A stretch of 64,000 nt of DNA from the NCBI RefSeq assembly GCF_018977255.1, contig NW_024704743.1, forward strand, positions 78,122,001 to 78,186,000, given 5' to 3'. Source of the stretch: Callorhinchus milii (lineage: Eukaryota). The notes under the pieces were generated by a model. The model was not told the DNA's origin. It made no database searches and worked only from the letters and a program-made list of their open reading frames with translations. Below are positions 34,191 to 48,132 of the stretch, one piece after another. Position 1 is the first letter of the stretch; each line of letters begins with the position of its first letter. The translations under genes were made by a program, and so were the position numbers.

Positions 34191-37100
34191 TTTGAGAGAG
34201 TTTTGTCCATCTGCTGGTATGTGCAACTTTACTGTGTGGCATATTTCCCATGTTAACACTGACATGGCAAAGCTTAATGCTGCCCCCAGATACAATTTCT
34301 GAGATTGATAAAGAAGAACAAATATTATGCATTCATAATCAAGTGTCAGTGTGCAACCAACCTCCCATTCCTTTCAGTCTCAGTTTGATTTATTTTCCAT
34401 TATGTTTTACTCCACTAGGTGTCAGAATTAGACCAGTGCTAAAACTGACATTTTTGTTGCCAGTTATTTTTTCCACTTTTCTGGCTTTCTCTTCCTCTTC
34501 TGAAAGCATTGACTCCTGCTGAGGTACAGTTTTTTAAGTGTAGGCAACGTTCCAGTACTTTGTCCGAGGGGCCAGCAAACTGTGCCTTTACATGCTAGAT
34601 TAATGAAGCAGCCCACATCCTGTGTAAAAGAAGGAAATTTGTCCTGTGCAGCTCCCAGGTTCATCACTTCAATGTAGTAATCTCTTTGTTACTGATTTAA
34701 AGTGCGACTATTTATGTTATATGTGAATAGAAAATAAAATAGAAAACCTTTTGTGTTTCCTATTATTTCTCATCTATTCTGTTTTATAAAGCACTCTGAA
34801 ACACTACCCTGTGTGAAGGGCACTATATAAATGTAAGTTGTTTTGTAACTCATACTAACTCTGATGTGGCAGTTTTTAACACTCTCATTGGATTTAGAGA
34901 TGGGGATCAATGTTTGGGAATTAAAATAATGCACTGGGAGTTGCAAACGTAAAGAGGAATTCTCACCATGTGTATCCTTTTCAAAACAGTGGGTGTTTTT
35001 CCTCCCATCAGAACAAAATTATGTGTGAATAGAAATGGAAGGAAGAGGTATGGACATTTTTTTCCATTTAAATTCCTGTTTCAACATTTCTGGCATTGAT
35101 AGACAAGAACTGATATTTGCATTCATATTTCAAGTATCAATGTGTAACCAAGCTCCCATTCCTCTTATACTAGACTTGTATTTGTAAGGCAAATATAGCA
35201 CACAAAACATTTTTTACAAAAGCAATGTGGGCTTACTGAGTTTCTTTCTAATCTTAGAGTTAAAAAGAGTCACACCATCTCAACATAAAACATTCATATA
35301 TATATATAGAGGGAGAGAGAGGGAGTTCTAATGATGTGTTCATGATACAACTGGTGAAATCGATTGGCGGAGTTACTGATCCAAATAAGAAAGAATGAAC
35401 TTGTATTTCTATAGCCTGGCTTCCAAATATTTACAATAGAGAAGTCGGTAGGAAATTCTTACTAACGCATTGCACAAATATTGTTTGTGTTGTAAATAAT
35501 AGTAATGTTTCTCAATAAAGAATATAGTTACTGCACTCAAAGACCTGTTGGAAACATTAGGTGCTCCAGTCAGAGAAAATTGGATACAATAAAAGAAATG
35601 TACTTTTTAGCCAATTACCATGCCAAGATTACTGTTGAATATTGTAGGCAAAAGATAGTTGATGTTTTGGAAAACCACTTCCAAATTAAAGCTGAATTTA
35701 AGAATTGTTGACTGAATACAATATTTTTCCTCTTTTAAATTTTAAGTGAAGTCTTAAGTCTAAGGCTGACAATTTAAAGCCTTTGAACTGATCACTAGAG
35801 AGAGAAAGAAAAGTTTCTGCTGGACATGGCTTGACTCTGAAGTTAAATGGGAGCTAAAATTGTGCAAACAGAAGCAAAATTGCTTTACCAAAGGATCACA
35901 AAGAATGTTTTAAATGGAAAATAATGTCTGTACCTCAAAAACATTCATTTCCTTCTGCTTTGAGACATCCTAATGACATCATAAGGCGATAATATCAAAT
36001 ACAAGAATTATCATTATTATTATAAAAAGAAAAAGGCTTGCTCCAGTGTCTACTTCTACTTAGCATGTGTCTTTTTTTTTTACTTATGAAAAATAATGAC
36101 TGTGCACGCTACCATTTGAGCATCAGGCTGGACTCAGCCTTCCATTTGCAGATTTTGCATCATTGCCTACAAGAACTGCCACTACATTTGACACTAATTG
36201 CTTGTGAAGTGCTGCTTTAAAGTGTAGTTTCTTTTTTAAACTTGTTTAGGGAAGCATCTATCAATTTCAACTACACCAAGAGCTATTCTGAGGGCTGAAT
36301 TTTCATGTAATCTTCATCATACATCTGCCACTTAATTTGGAACAATCTTAAATTTTAAGGCAGTATGGTCTTAGAGGCCAATACTTAGAATTTCAACTGA
36401 GTTCTGTCACCGAGGGGTTAGGAGGAATTCATTTTAATCCCATAGATTACATAGAACATAGATGTTTCCATAATATTATAGACACTATTCAAAATGAGAA
36501 GGGAGTTTCTCCCAGTGTCCTGACCAACAATCCACTGGATATAATTGGTCATTCATTCTGTGGCTGTTTGTGGGATATTGTTGTGCGCAAATTGGCCCAC
36601 AAATAACTACATTTTACAGTAACTCCTGTGAAGTGCTTTGAGATGTCTTGAGGATGAGGTAAGGCTCTACATCAAAATGCAAGAATTATTATTATTTTAA
36701 GATGATTAGGAATAATTATTGGGAGCATGACTTAATTTGTTGGTTTAACTTACTGTCAGCAGTAAATTACTACGCAGCCAGACAGAAATAATATTATTTA
36801 ACACCAAATACACCCAATGCTTGTGTATTGCATAAACATTGCTCACCATGTTAGGCATGAAAGATGCATTTGATTTTTCCAGACGCCGCTTTATGAACAA
36901 TGCAGCTACAGCAATTTTTTCCAGTAATGGTCACGACAGAGTCCTTTAACCAAGTAACTGGCAAAAACACCAGTTCCTGATATTCTTCTGAAATTTCTCA
37001 ACTTCCTAAAAGGTCCGGAAAAAATATTTGCTTCAGACGGCATATGAATGAACTCCTGCCGCTGTAACTTCCTTTATTTACTACAAAGCCACACATAATA

Positions 37101-39959
37101 AATCTGCGAGGAATGTCTAATGTTGCCACTGTTTCAGCACTCTTATTATCTGGTAGGTGTTTAAGCTGGAGCATGCTTCACTGAATCAACAGATATTTCT
37201 GCTTGCAAAACTTCTGCTTGAAAGGCGCTATACAAAGATAATGTTGTTGTTGTTGTTGTTGCTTACCTAATTCCGGAAATTATTAGGCACAAGTTGGCAA
37301 GAGCTAAGGCTTGGGAGCCCCAGAGTGTGTGTTGGGGTACTGCTGGAGTCCAACTAAAGCTATAAGCTAAAACCGCATAGCTTGCCATTGATACTGCTAC
37401 CCGGCAAGCTTTCCCACTGCTTGTCCAGCTAAAATCATCCTACCCGTTAGGACTTTGAGGGTTAGTGAGCCAGACTGGCTGTGCTGTCATCAGCAGTGCC
37501 TCAGAATACTGCGGACCTGCCTGGCTCAAGAACTGGACTAGAGACCACCACAGAGGCTGGCTCATTGCAGCATTCCATTGCCAGGCATTTCTTCTTGGAG
37601 CCAGTTCAGCTTTAAGGAGACCCTGCTTACCTTCCCTCCCAAGGAGGATAGTCACAAGTTGGTTGTTCGACATTCAACAAGCGCAGGTTTGAGCCCTGAC
37701 TAGATGGATAGTAGGTACAAGAAACTCCCTGCAAGTTTCCTGTTGGGCAACGCAGCTCAGCATGAAATGGGTAAGAGCATTGCCACCATCTTCCTGTCCG
37801 CAGCTCGGGCACACATCCCTTCCCATTGAACGATGGTTTCATCAATTGGTGGTGCAGAGTTTAAGCAGCAACCCTAACATAGGACAATTTACCCTATGTT
37901 TTCACATCCCGGCCTCTTCTAGTCTCAGCTTGGCTGTGTTGGTAGCACTCTCTTTCACCTCTGGGTCTGAAGCTTGTAGGTTCTAAGTGTAGGATAGCAC
38001 CAGTGCCATACTGGGAGAGCACTGCAGTACTGAGAGCTGCTGTCTATCAGTTGGCATATTACACTGAGGCTCTGTCTGCATATTCTTCAGGTGTATCTGA
38101 AACATCCTGTGACTTAATTCAAACATTTTTTCCAGTGTCTTGTGCTGGTGCAAAAGCCTGCTACAAAAACAGTCACTCAGCAGAAATTACCTGTGGGGTG
38201 CTTTGAGTTGTTTCAACATGTTAAGGTGCTATAAAAATGTTTAACATTCCAACTATGCTTGAGTTGGCTAGGATCTTGAGTTGCGCCACTAAACAGAGGA
38301 ATTTAGCAACAAGGCGGGAAAATGTTGTGGTCTTTTACAAGAAATGTAAATGGTTTTCCTGCTTCTAGGAAAGCAGAATCACCTTCTTCTATTTCACTCG
38401 GTCACCATTTTTTTGAATTGATGATTTTTTGATGTAAATTTTAGTCATTGGGGCAACTTCTCATGTATGCTTTTTGTTTCATATTAGTGCTGACAATGGA
38501 AGTGACTTTCTCCACAATATACATCAGGGTCAATTTGAGGGTACACTGATATTTTCACAATGAATATATGGATGTGACAGAGGGTAATCACAATGACACA
38601 GCGCTTAATGACACAGTGATATCTACTCTATCAAACCCCATCATCATTTAAAGGCAACAACAACTACAACAATTTGCATTTATATAGCACCCCTCACACA
38701 GGGTAGCGTCCCCGAGTGCTTCAGGTTCACTGTTTTTGGTATTTAATTTAGTATTTCCAATTATTTCATAATTTTCTTCTAATTTTTGGCACATCCCTTT
38801 TCGCCTCAGGCTGGGGTGCGGTTCCACAGATGCTGATTACCCTGCTGAAGGAGCAAGCGATGGCAAGCCACTGGACTGCAGACTGTGGCACAGCCAAACC
38901 TGACTTCATCCACAAAATATATAATAATTACACTTTAAAGTATATTCTGTGAAGTGCTTTGAGACGTCTCAAAGATGTGATAAGGCGTTATATCAAAGGC
39001 AAGGATTATTATTACTTCTGCCCACATGGCTGCTACACATGTTCTCTACCAGTAGAGGGTGTTAAATAGAGTCCAGGACAAGCAAATTCAGCAGAAACCG
39101 TTACCTCTACACTTTTGGTGCTGTCCTAGGGTTCATAGTCCTAAGGAAGTTAGAACTTAGTTTACATTCAACCTGCAGTCTTCAGAGTGACAATGATTAC
39201 TTGATCTAAAGGAGTTTTTTGTTTGTGCGTCTGACATATTTGGAAATCCATCATCATGCTTAACAGTATCCTAACCAAACCAAGAGTTCCACATATGTAT
39301 GCTACCTACATATAGAAATTTTCCTGTGTCTGGAATGCAATACGCACCCTCTCCCTGGAAGGATACACTATACTTTGTTAATTCTGGAAAGAAGTAGATA
39401 CAGGATGATGAGAGTAAAGTCTTGGGGACCGCAGAGTGTGCTTTGGGGCACTGCTAGAATTCAACCACCAAAACCACATTGTTAAATTACTGTCTAGCAA
39501 GCTTCCGGCTGTTCGGTTCCCACCCCCAGCTCGGGTGCCCAGCAGCAATGTCAAGCACTTTGGGATATCCTCCTGAAGTGAAAACCCCATATTAATGTAA
39601 ATTTGTATTGTATCGTTTGTATAAGTCAGAACACCCTATCCATTACGAGTTTGTTTTGCAAGGTTAACAGAGACTAGTTTGTCCCTTCAAGACCTGCCGT
39701 TGAGCCAGGGTGACTGGTGTGTCATCAGCAGCGCCCTGGAATACTACAGATTCACTTCGCTCAGGAACCGAATGAGCCCAACCATCACAGAGGATCAAAT
39801 CTATTGTGATAATTCATAAAGGTAAATCAAAAACTGGTGATTTGGTCTGAAACCTTGAATAAGGCTATTTGTAAGCATGTTAGTTAGAAGGTATGTATCT
39901 AAATTACTGACTTAACAGGAACCAGATAATTGTGGTGTGTTGAATCATAGTCATGCCTC

Positions 39960-40420
39960 ATGTTGATACCATGTCAAAACAGTGTGAGGCAGCAATAGAC
40001 AAGACAAATGGAATGCTGGACTATACGAGGATGATCCCCAGTGTTAGAGGAATAAGCTATGAGCAACAATTAGATAATCTAGGGTTTTTCATCTTGAAGA
40101 GACTTCTCAGAAGATTCCTTATAGAGGTATTTAAAATATCAAACAGGATTGAGAAAGTAAATCCAGAACAATATTTTCAGATATGTCAAGCAGAGGAACA
40201 AGATGATACAGGTTCAGGGTTACAAAGGGCAATTTCAGGACAGACACTGAGAAGTTTTTCATTACCCAGAGGGTAATTAACAATTGTAACATATTGCCAG
40301 GAAGTGGAATTGAAGCCAGGACACTGGACTCAATTAAGAAACAGCTTGATTCTGTAAGTGGGAGGACAGAAAGATGTTGGAGGGTGAGATCAAATGAGCC
40401 GAAGTATCCTTCTTCATCTA
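39960..40420 (+). mobile_element. CR1 3' fragment
   Basis: SYEQQLDNLGFFILKR..LIEVFKI motif. Confidence 0.8.
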
Positions 40421-41439
40421 AACTTTTGGTGTGACTTTGCACTGTCCATAAAGCCGGATCCGTGACGTCGGACATTCCGCTTATGGCACGTAACTTCCAG
40501 TTAGCAGGATACTTGCTCTAAACTGAAAAGCTCAGAGTGACTGGTACCCCAGAATTCAGTGAACTGGAGATCCACTGTGACGGACTTGGCTTCACAGACA
40601 TGATCACTGAGAATGGTATGGGGGAGAGGCAGGTCACCTCCAGCAATCCATGTGATGAATATGGAATGTAACACTAAGTTGATTCCATTGAACCACAAAG
40701 CGAGACCTTGTGAAGTGACCAAGAAGGGATGTGATGTGTCAGACTTCCTTCGCTGCTTTGATTCTGAAATTGACCTTGTTTTTAATGTTGGAAAACAAAG
40801 TTGGTGTAAAATGCTCGCTGGGCACTGGCCCATGGAAAACAATGGAAGCACATCCGGATGTTACATTTGCACATCACCCTATGTAAATTGCTCTCTTGTC
40901 CTTTCATTGTGTTTAGAGAACATGTAAAGAGAAACCAACTGCAAATCTGTGGTGGGATCATTTAACTTCTTAGATAGGAGTAAAATGCTTGTTTGCATAA
41001 TATCTGCAGTTTTTTTTAACTTTCTCTCAGCTCTATAAAGCTGTGCTTTTTCCCTTTAACCGCCAATCCTCACCTGTAGACCACAGTTTGATCATCACCC
41101 GCTTGCAGGCAACTTCTCAAGAGGTCGAGAAAAGTAAGGTGACCAGAAAGCACAAGCTGCAAACTTGACTCTGAACCATTAACCTGTTTGGGTTCATATA
41201 TTTGCGAGTTTGGCAAAAGTGTCTGACCTTCATTGGTGCTTGAGTGCATAGGTGTTTAGCTGCATTGCTGTACAGTTGGACAGATGCTTAACTTGACTAT
41301 ATGGGTGTTTGACTACATGGGAGCTTGACTGAGTTGGACTTCAGCTGCCAATTGTATAATGTTTAACATTTAAGCTTCAGTGTAAATAGGGTCAATTCCA
41401 CATTGCAGTTTTGTGGAGCTGCTCTTTTCTTTCTTCTCA

Positions 41440-41810
41440 TAATTTTCTCCACCAATTTTTGCCCCTTCTTTCTTGAAGGAGTTTGACTCTTTTCCTTTCT
41501 TCCACAGCCACCGGTAGTGAGCCCATTTAACTATCATTCATGTGTGAGCATTGACAGGAAGCACTGACTGGATATTCAGGGGGAAATCACAGCAAAGCCT
41601 GATCCTGTCCTAAACTAATATGTATGCAAACATTCTCCCAGGAGCTTCTGGACACCCATCAGGAGTGGAGCCCTGACTGATTTCCCCCCTCACTGATCCA
41701 GGGGTGCTGAAGTTAACTGCAGTAGGTTTAGATCAGGTAACTCAGCAGGGACCAGCATTCAAATCTCCTGCTGTATATGACACAGTATTGTACCAGGGCC
41801 ACCAGGGGTG
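41440..41810 (-). mobile_element. Ancient tRNA-derived SINE (AmnSINE2-like from memory)
   Basis: Reverse complement contains gctgagttacctgatct...cttcagcacccctgg...aggacaggatcaggctttgctgtgat. Related fragments at ~13140-13190, 27103-27165, 38790-38910 and 42970-43020. Confidence 0.5.
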
Positions 41811-43029
41811 CTGTTGAGCTACTTATCATTGAAGTGCCATCAAAATCCTCATGTGAACCTGGCATCTGATTTCATCAACGATGAACAACAGTTAGATAAT
41901 GTAGGTTGTGTAAAAGGTTGTGTAGGTTGTGTCTGCTGATGGAAAGATGAAAGAAAATGTTGATCTGGCAACCAATTCTTCCTTTTCCTTTCTGTTTTCC
42001 ATTTTTTTTTCCAGATTGGGATTGACAAGAGGTGAGAAAGGTAACTGTAAGAGAAGTCTGTCATTTGAGTTCATTTTGGCTCCCTATATATCAGGGCTTG
42101 TTTAGAGGTAAGTTTCTTACATTCAAGCCTAATATAGATGAAAAGGCAACTCGACAAGTCGAGGCACAGCGATTCACTTGAATAATTGGTGCACGGGTCA
42201 TGGCGGGTGAAAGTTCAGCTACTACAAAAGCTTTGCAAGCGTGAGGCCAGCAATGCTGTGCAGATCAGCACAAGGCTGGAATTTTTCCTATGGGATTTGT
42301 TTGGAGGTCAGTCACCCTGCAGGTTGCTGGTCAGTGTTAAGAGGAGGTAATTTTCTCTCAGGAATTCTATAAGCATTGACTAAATCATAAAGTATATATT
42401 TAAGAGTGAGGCGTGAGTGATTTTTTTTCAGATAATAATAATCATTGCATTCGATATAGCCCCTTCACAGGCAATTGCTGTCAAATGTAGTGACTGTTAA
42501 TGTACACCAGCACAATGATCAATTTGCACAGAACGATCCCACATCAGTCCTGAAAGTTGGGGGTGAAGACATGTCCTGCACCATGCATTGTTATCATTAT
42601 TTTATCTAGGTTTGGTGAACCTTGATAAAAATCAGTAAACATCCATTAATATTTGTCATTTTTTGCGATGTTCCACAATCTGACGAAAATACATTTTCAG
42701 CGATAAAAATCAATCTTTAAGACTATAAATTGACCAGATTTACAATAGAAATTTACATTTTTATGGTGCCTTTCATGTCGGGAGGATGTCCTGAAGCACT
42801 TAAGAGTGGCTGTGCATTTAGTTTGGGGGTGGGAACTGAGAGGGTAGGGAGGGGAAAGATGCAGGTTGTGAACCTACAACCTTCTGACTCAGAGGTGACT
42901 GAGCCAGGCTGACACCTTTCAGGGACTTCCATGACCTTTTGGACAAGGTAGTAGAGAGAGTTTGACATCCTGGTAAGAGTCAGTACCTTCAAGAGAGGAG
43001 GGGAGCAAATTGTTGAGGTGAATCGAATC

Positions 43030-43420
43030 ATTCAGCATAGAAAGAGCCCATCGTGCCTGTGATAGCTTCTTGAAAGAGCTACAATCTAGTCCCACTCCCC
43101 CAATCTTACCCCATAGCCCTGCAGATTTTTCCTTTTTAAGTACCTATCTAATTCCCTTTTGAATGCTATTATCGAATCTGCTTCCACTACGCTTTCACAC
43201 AGTGCATTACAGACTGTAACAACTCTCTGGGTAAAAAAATATTCTTCTCATCTCCCCTCTGGTTGTTTTACCAATTATCCTAAATCTGTGGCCTTTGGTT
43301 ACCGACCCACTAGCCAGAGGAAACAGTTTCCCCCTATCTACTCTATCAAAACCCCTCATCATTTTGAACACCTCATTTAAATCTCCCCTCAACCTTTTCT
43401 GTTCTAAGGAGAATAATCCC
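43030..43420 (-). mobile_element. CR1 3' fragment
   Basis: GLFSLEQKRLRGDLNEVFKMMRGFDRVDRGKLFPL motif. Confidence 0.88.
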
Positions 43421-44307
43421 TTCTTAGAATCATGACTAATATCACCAGGACAATGAATGTAAGACAGGCAATATCTATATAACAGTTTGCTCATTATACA
43501 GTATAACTTAATTTCTTTCAAAAGAAAACACAGCTCTAATAATGTGCCAAAAACAAGATGATGATCCTTAACAGAAGGCATTTTGTGCAAAAGATTAAGC
43601 TTTAGGCATTTTGCTATCTTTGCAATGCATAAACATTATTCGATTGACTGAATTACACTGCTTGGAAAGGGATGTTATGCTTGGATCAAGTATAGGCATT
43701 CAAATGTTATGCCTGGATTGGGAATTTTGGCATGATTTAAGTGACTTGGCACACTGGAATTTCAGATCAATGTTTTTGTGCATATCAGCATGTTTTAGTA
43801 AATGTGTTAAATCATCTGAGGCGACAATGACTTGTCTGAGAGGCACTTGAAATAGATATGTTCTGAAAAGAAATACCAGCCACAATCAGAACTGAGATAA
43901 ACAAAGCCTTAAACAAGCATTTACCTGACATCCAGCATTTCCTGAACATCCTCTTCTTTTACTTCAATCAATATTTAACTTTATCAAAGTGGATTAGTGT
44001 ATTCTCAGCTTGTTTAGCGATACCTCTTTATTACATTTCAGTTTGAAAATGCAACATAACGATCCCATGTCCAGAAACGCCTACGCTCAGGCATACTATG
44101 TGAATCACACACTTGAGTCTTCAGTTTGTAAATGTGTCTTTTACATGTAAAGATTATCATTCTATGATTGAAAAACACATTATGAAGCAGCAGAGTAATT
44201 GGTGCCACAGAACCATAGAAATCTGCCAAACTGGAATAGGCAATTCGTCCAATTGTATTAGATTTGCAGCAAAAAAAAATGCCTTGGTGTAAAGTGTTTC
44301 TTTTCAG

Positions 44308-44362
44308 GAGAATTCCAGGTCATCTCACCAGCTTATGAGAATTCCAGGTCATCTCACCAGCT
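44308..44362. repeat. Tandem duplication of GAGAATTCCAGGTCATCTCACCAGCT (29-bp period, 2 copies)
   Basis: Directly visible. Confidence 0.9.
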
Positions 44363-45857
44363 CTGAGCTGAGGGCTCATTGTAGCCAATTTCTCACAGTT
44401 CAGAGTCATATACAGATTTCTCTGCTTTTTTTTATATTGAGGTGCTTTTATTCCCACTGTTGTTATCTAAAATCCAAGCAGCGTTGTTTTACAGTTCATT
44501 AAAGACTGTTAAGCATTCATGTTAGGAATTGAACAACTTTCCACCATTTTGCACGTTTTTTAAAATTTAAGGCAAAATAGGCTCACAGGCCAATTAGCTA
44601 GATGTAATTTAATAGATTAATGTTTACTCTGAATTCATATGAGCAACACTGAATACTTAGAAGCCAGGTTTAAGGGAAAAAAATTCTACACAACCTAAAT
44701 GACATTGTTGATTAAATAAAAAGATATTTGAATTGGTGAAGCCAATGGGATAGAATTCTGGCACTCTATCATGCATTCCTTGTGATAGTTAACACCAGGA
44801 ACACATTGTGAAACACTGCAAATGTTACCCCATTATCCATTAAACCAGTTCATTCAGGAAAGAGACAGTGGTGGGCTTAGTGTATTATGACAAAACTGGA
44901 ACAGGTGGTGGAGCAATCTGTTGTATGAACTCAAGAGGTGTTGTGGTTGTTTTATTATGAACCTGGATTTAATAGATAAATTCTGAGCAGGCAACCAGAC
45001 CATGTTTTATTAAAAAATAACATTGAGCAAATATCCTGTTTCGGTTTGTAGATGTAATTAATTATTTTGGACTCATCCGAAGTGGGGCAGATTGTTTTCA
45101 CTGTCTGAGATCAACTTGTAGGTCTGGCAACTCTAGCCTGCAAGAGAGATAGCAGCCAGCAATAACAATGCTCTTCCTCAGTCAATTGATGTAGAACAAT
45201 GGGCATAGGCAGGACGGAGGATGACTTATCATCGCTGGCCACTCCAACAGCAATGAAAGAAACCAAAGTACAGAGTTGTTTTTGTCCTAACCAAGGGGTT
45301 TTGCCCGAGTTTCATTCCAACATATTTCAATAAAGTCCACACTTACGCAATACCTCTGGCTGTGGCAGCTCGTGGTTAACAAACAGGCACTTTGTGCAGA
45401 GCCAGACCCAGTGACAGAAGACATAAAGCTTGAGAGAGAAAATAGTAGAGTTCTGATATGAACCTGTTAAATAAAAGACACTTGGGGGCTGGGATGAAAA
45501 TACCTCAGATCATTACACATCTTTCTAAAGTAATGTTAACAGAATCTCACGAGAGACCATCAGATTGAAGACCACCGTGATCATGATCACTATATAGTGA
45601 TTTCCCCCAGAACAGGAAAGAATGATAGAAAATTCCTTTGTAGGAAATTCCTGACTTCCCCTTTGTAGCATCTATCATTTCAAGACGTCTCACACAATCG
45701 CTTTGCACAAAATTACGGTCAAGTATCGTGTCTTTTATTGTAGAGAAGCACGGCAGCCGTTTGTGAACAGCAAGTTCCCATAAGGAGCCATGAAAGTAAC
45801 TAACCAATTAATCTGGTGGATTGTTGGTCAGGACACCAGGAGAAACTCTCTTTTAGA

Positions 45858-46218
45858 GAGTTAGAGCACTTCCCTCGCAAATGAGAAGACATGGGTTTGA
45901 TTCCCGACAGGGCGAAACGTTAGGCAACTTTCCTTACTACACACTCCTGTTTACCTAGCAGGAAATAGGAACCCGATTGTTAGTTGATTGGCGCATCGCT
46001 TTTCTGGAAGTAATAATTCCTTCAAAAAAACAAAATAATAATAATAATTTCATCACCCAATTCACGACTGTTTGTGGGACACTGCTGTGCGCAATTGGCT
46101 GCCGCATTTGAATCCCACAAAACATATGGTCAATTCATTTTACAGTATATTCTGTGAGGTGCTTTGAGACATCTAGAAGACGTGATAAGGCTCTATATCA
46201 AATGCAAGGATTATTATT
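45858..46218 (+). mobile_element. tRNA-derived SINE, long subfamily
   Basis: Central gtttacctagcaggaaataggaacccgattgttagttgattggc segment plus the common 3' half. Confidence 0.88.
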
Positions 46219-47530
46219 TTACTATGTAGGGGATAGAAGGAAAATAGCTTTCTGTCTGGAATGATGATCACAAACTATCACGTGTTGGTCTGTAACAGGT
46301 ACTGAAAGACAGGATTCACTGCTGATTTTCCAATAAAGACTCTTTGTCCAAGCCTAACTTGTTTGCTATTATTGAGGTTTAGTTTACAGTATTTTCTTAC
46401 ACTGAAATGCCTTAAATAGGATTCTGAGTCACACAGATAGTAGTGGGGATGGGGAAGCAATTTGTTTAATTTGCATATCATGAGCTACTTTAAAAATGCT
46501 ACTTGTGACAGACAAATAAGAGCGACTAACAAGGTGAAACTGTGGATATATAGAGCCAGCGGCTGCAGCTTAGAGCTGTCTGAAAACTCAATTTCTGCTC
46601 CGAAAACGCAGCTAACAGCTACTATGTTGACTATAACATCAAGTTTTTTCTACAACTGAAACTAACTGCCTCTGCAATATTTTCACTGCTGTTTCACATG
46701 TTGCCCTGTGTTGAGTAGTGTTAGCACTTGTTTCTCACTTATTTTGGTACATACTGGTTATCCAAAACTTACACAGAATAACTCCTGGAGCTTGCTCAAA
46801 TGCCATAGGGAGTTGGGGAGTAATTTCTTGGGCAAGTCCCTTCTCCCCCTTGAATTAGCCATATTTTCTCTGGGGTTGTTACACCTCCCCTAGGAGAGGA
46901 CTGAATGCTCAGAGCCAGGAGAGAGGTGCAGTTAGAACATTGGGTGGAGAGTGGAAAAAGGAAGATTCTTCTTGAAGTGGACTTGATGGGCCTCTAGGAT
47001 TTTTTCCCTTTCTCTGTGTATCTGTGAGATGAAATTTGCAGTGTTTCATAGCGCATTCCTTGTGTTAGTAAAAGGGTTTTGTCAAAATGTGTTCTTTTGA
47101 TCATTATATATCTATAGAGTGAATATGCGTATATGTATACATGCTTATGTATTAAGTGTTTCTAGAAATCGTTGTAACCACAGAATTGTGGAGACTGGCT
47201 CTGTTAGCAAAAGAGAGGCAGTCACCTTAGTACCAGCTGCTGTAAACACACTCGACTTTAACACAATGAACATAATTGATAACCAGTTGGTACATTGGCA
47301 GAAACATTTCTCAAGGCCTAGCCTGTCACGAGGTAAGAAGGGAGCTGGACCTAGAAGATTAGGACAGAGTAGCAACAAATGGAGGAATTGTTTGTACTAG
47401 ATACATTAGTAAGAATGGAATGCTTGAGAACCATTTTGCAGGAAAGATAAGGATAGGGGCAAAAGCGTGGTTCGACACAACAGTTGGGGAAGCATCCCAA
47501 GAAGAGAAGTGAAGATCTCCCTCCTGCCGC

Positions 47531-48132
47531 TGTTGTCCGGACATCGGGAACGGGTAATATGTTTTCAGTTCTGTTTGCTAGGCAGAGAAGTAATAATAGT
47601 AGTAGTAGTTGGTCCGCTTGAAACACAGAAGTCAGGTTAGGCAGCACGAGTGAGGTGCTGGGCTAAGAGCTGATTGTTTCTGTTGAGTTTATAGGAGCCA
47701 TTCTGTGTGATTGTTGTGATTAAGTATTGTTTTTATAGGATTGGTTGTGTCCGAGGGTTTACCGGGCGCCAGTATTACAGAATCAGTTGTCCCTGAGGGA
47801 TTTCCAGATGTGTATGTTGAGGTACGTTCTCGGGCTTATTATTTTGTCTGCAGTACTGAGCAATTCCTGAGTGCATGCTGTTGTTTCTCAATTATTTAAT
47901 TTGTATATCTGCGTTGTAATATTATTGTGTTGTTAATGTCATATAATTTGATTACACATTGTTGAACTTTGCCGTTTGTCATATATATATATGATATTAG
48001 TGGAATAAACACTATACTATAACCACCGCCTGTCGAATTATTAACACTTGTGCAATTCACACTGTAATTGCTTTGTCTTTGATAACTCATCAGGCTGCAG
48101 TCGCCTTCATCACGGTTTCTCCAAGGGCTACA
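47531..48132 (+). mobile_element. Solo LTR (602 bp) with 5-bp target-site duplication GCCGC
   Basis: Starts TGTTGTCC and ends GGGCTACA (imperfect inverted termini, TG...CA). GCCGC at 47526-47530 and 48133-48137. AATAAA at 48004-48009. Confidence 0.8.

Noticed and set aside
40440..40930. CpG-containing unique segment with short ORFs on both strands
   Set aside because: No recognisable protein and no convincing splice pair. It may be regulatory but there is no direct evidence.
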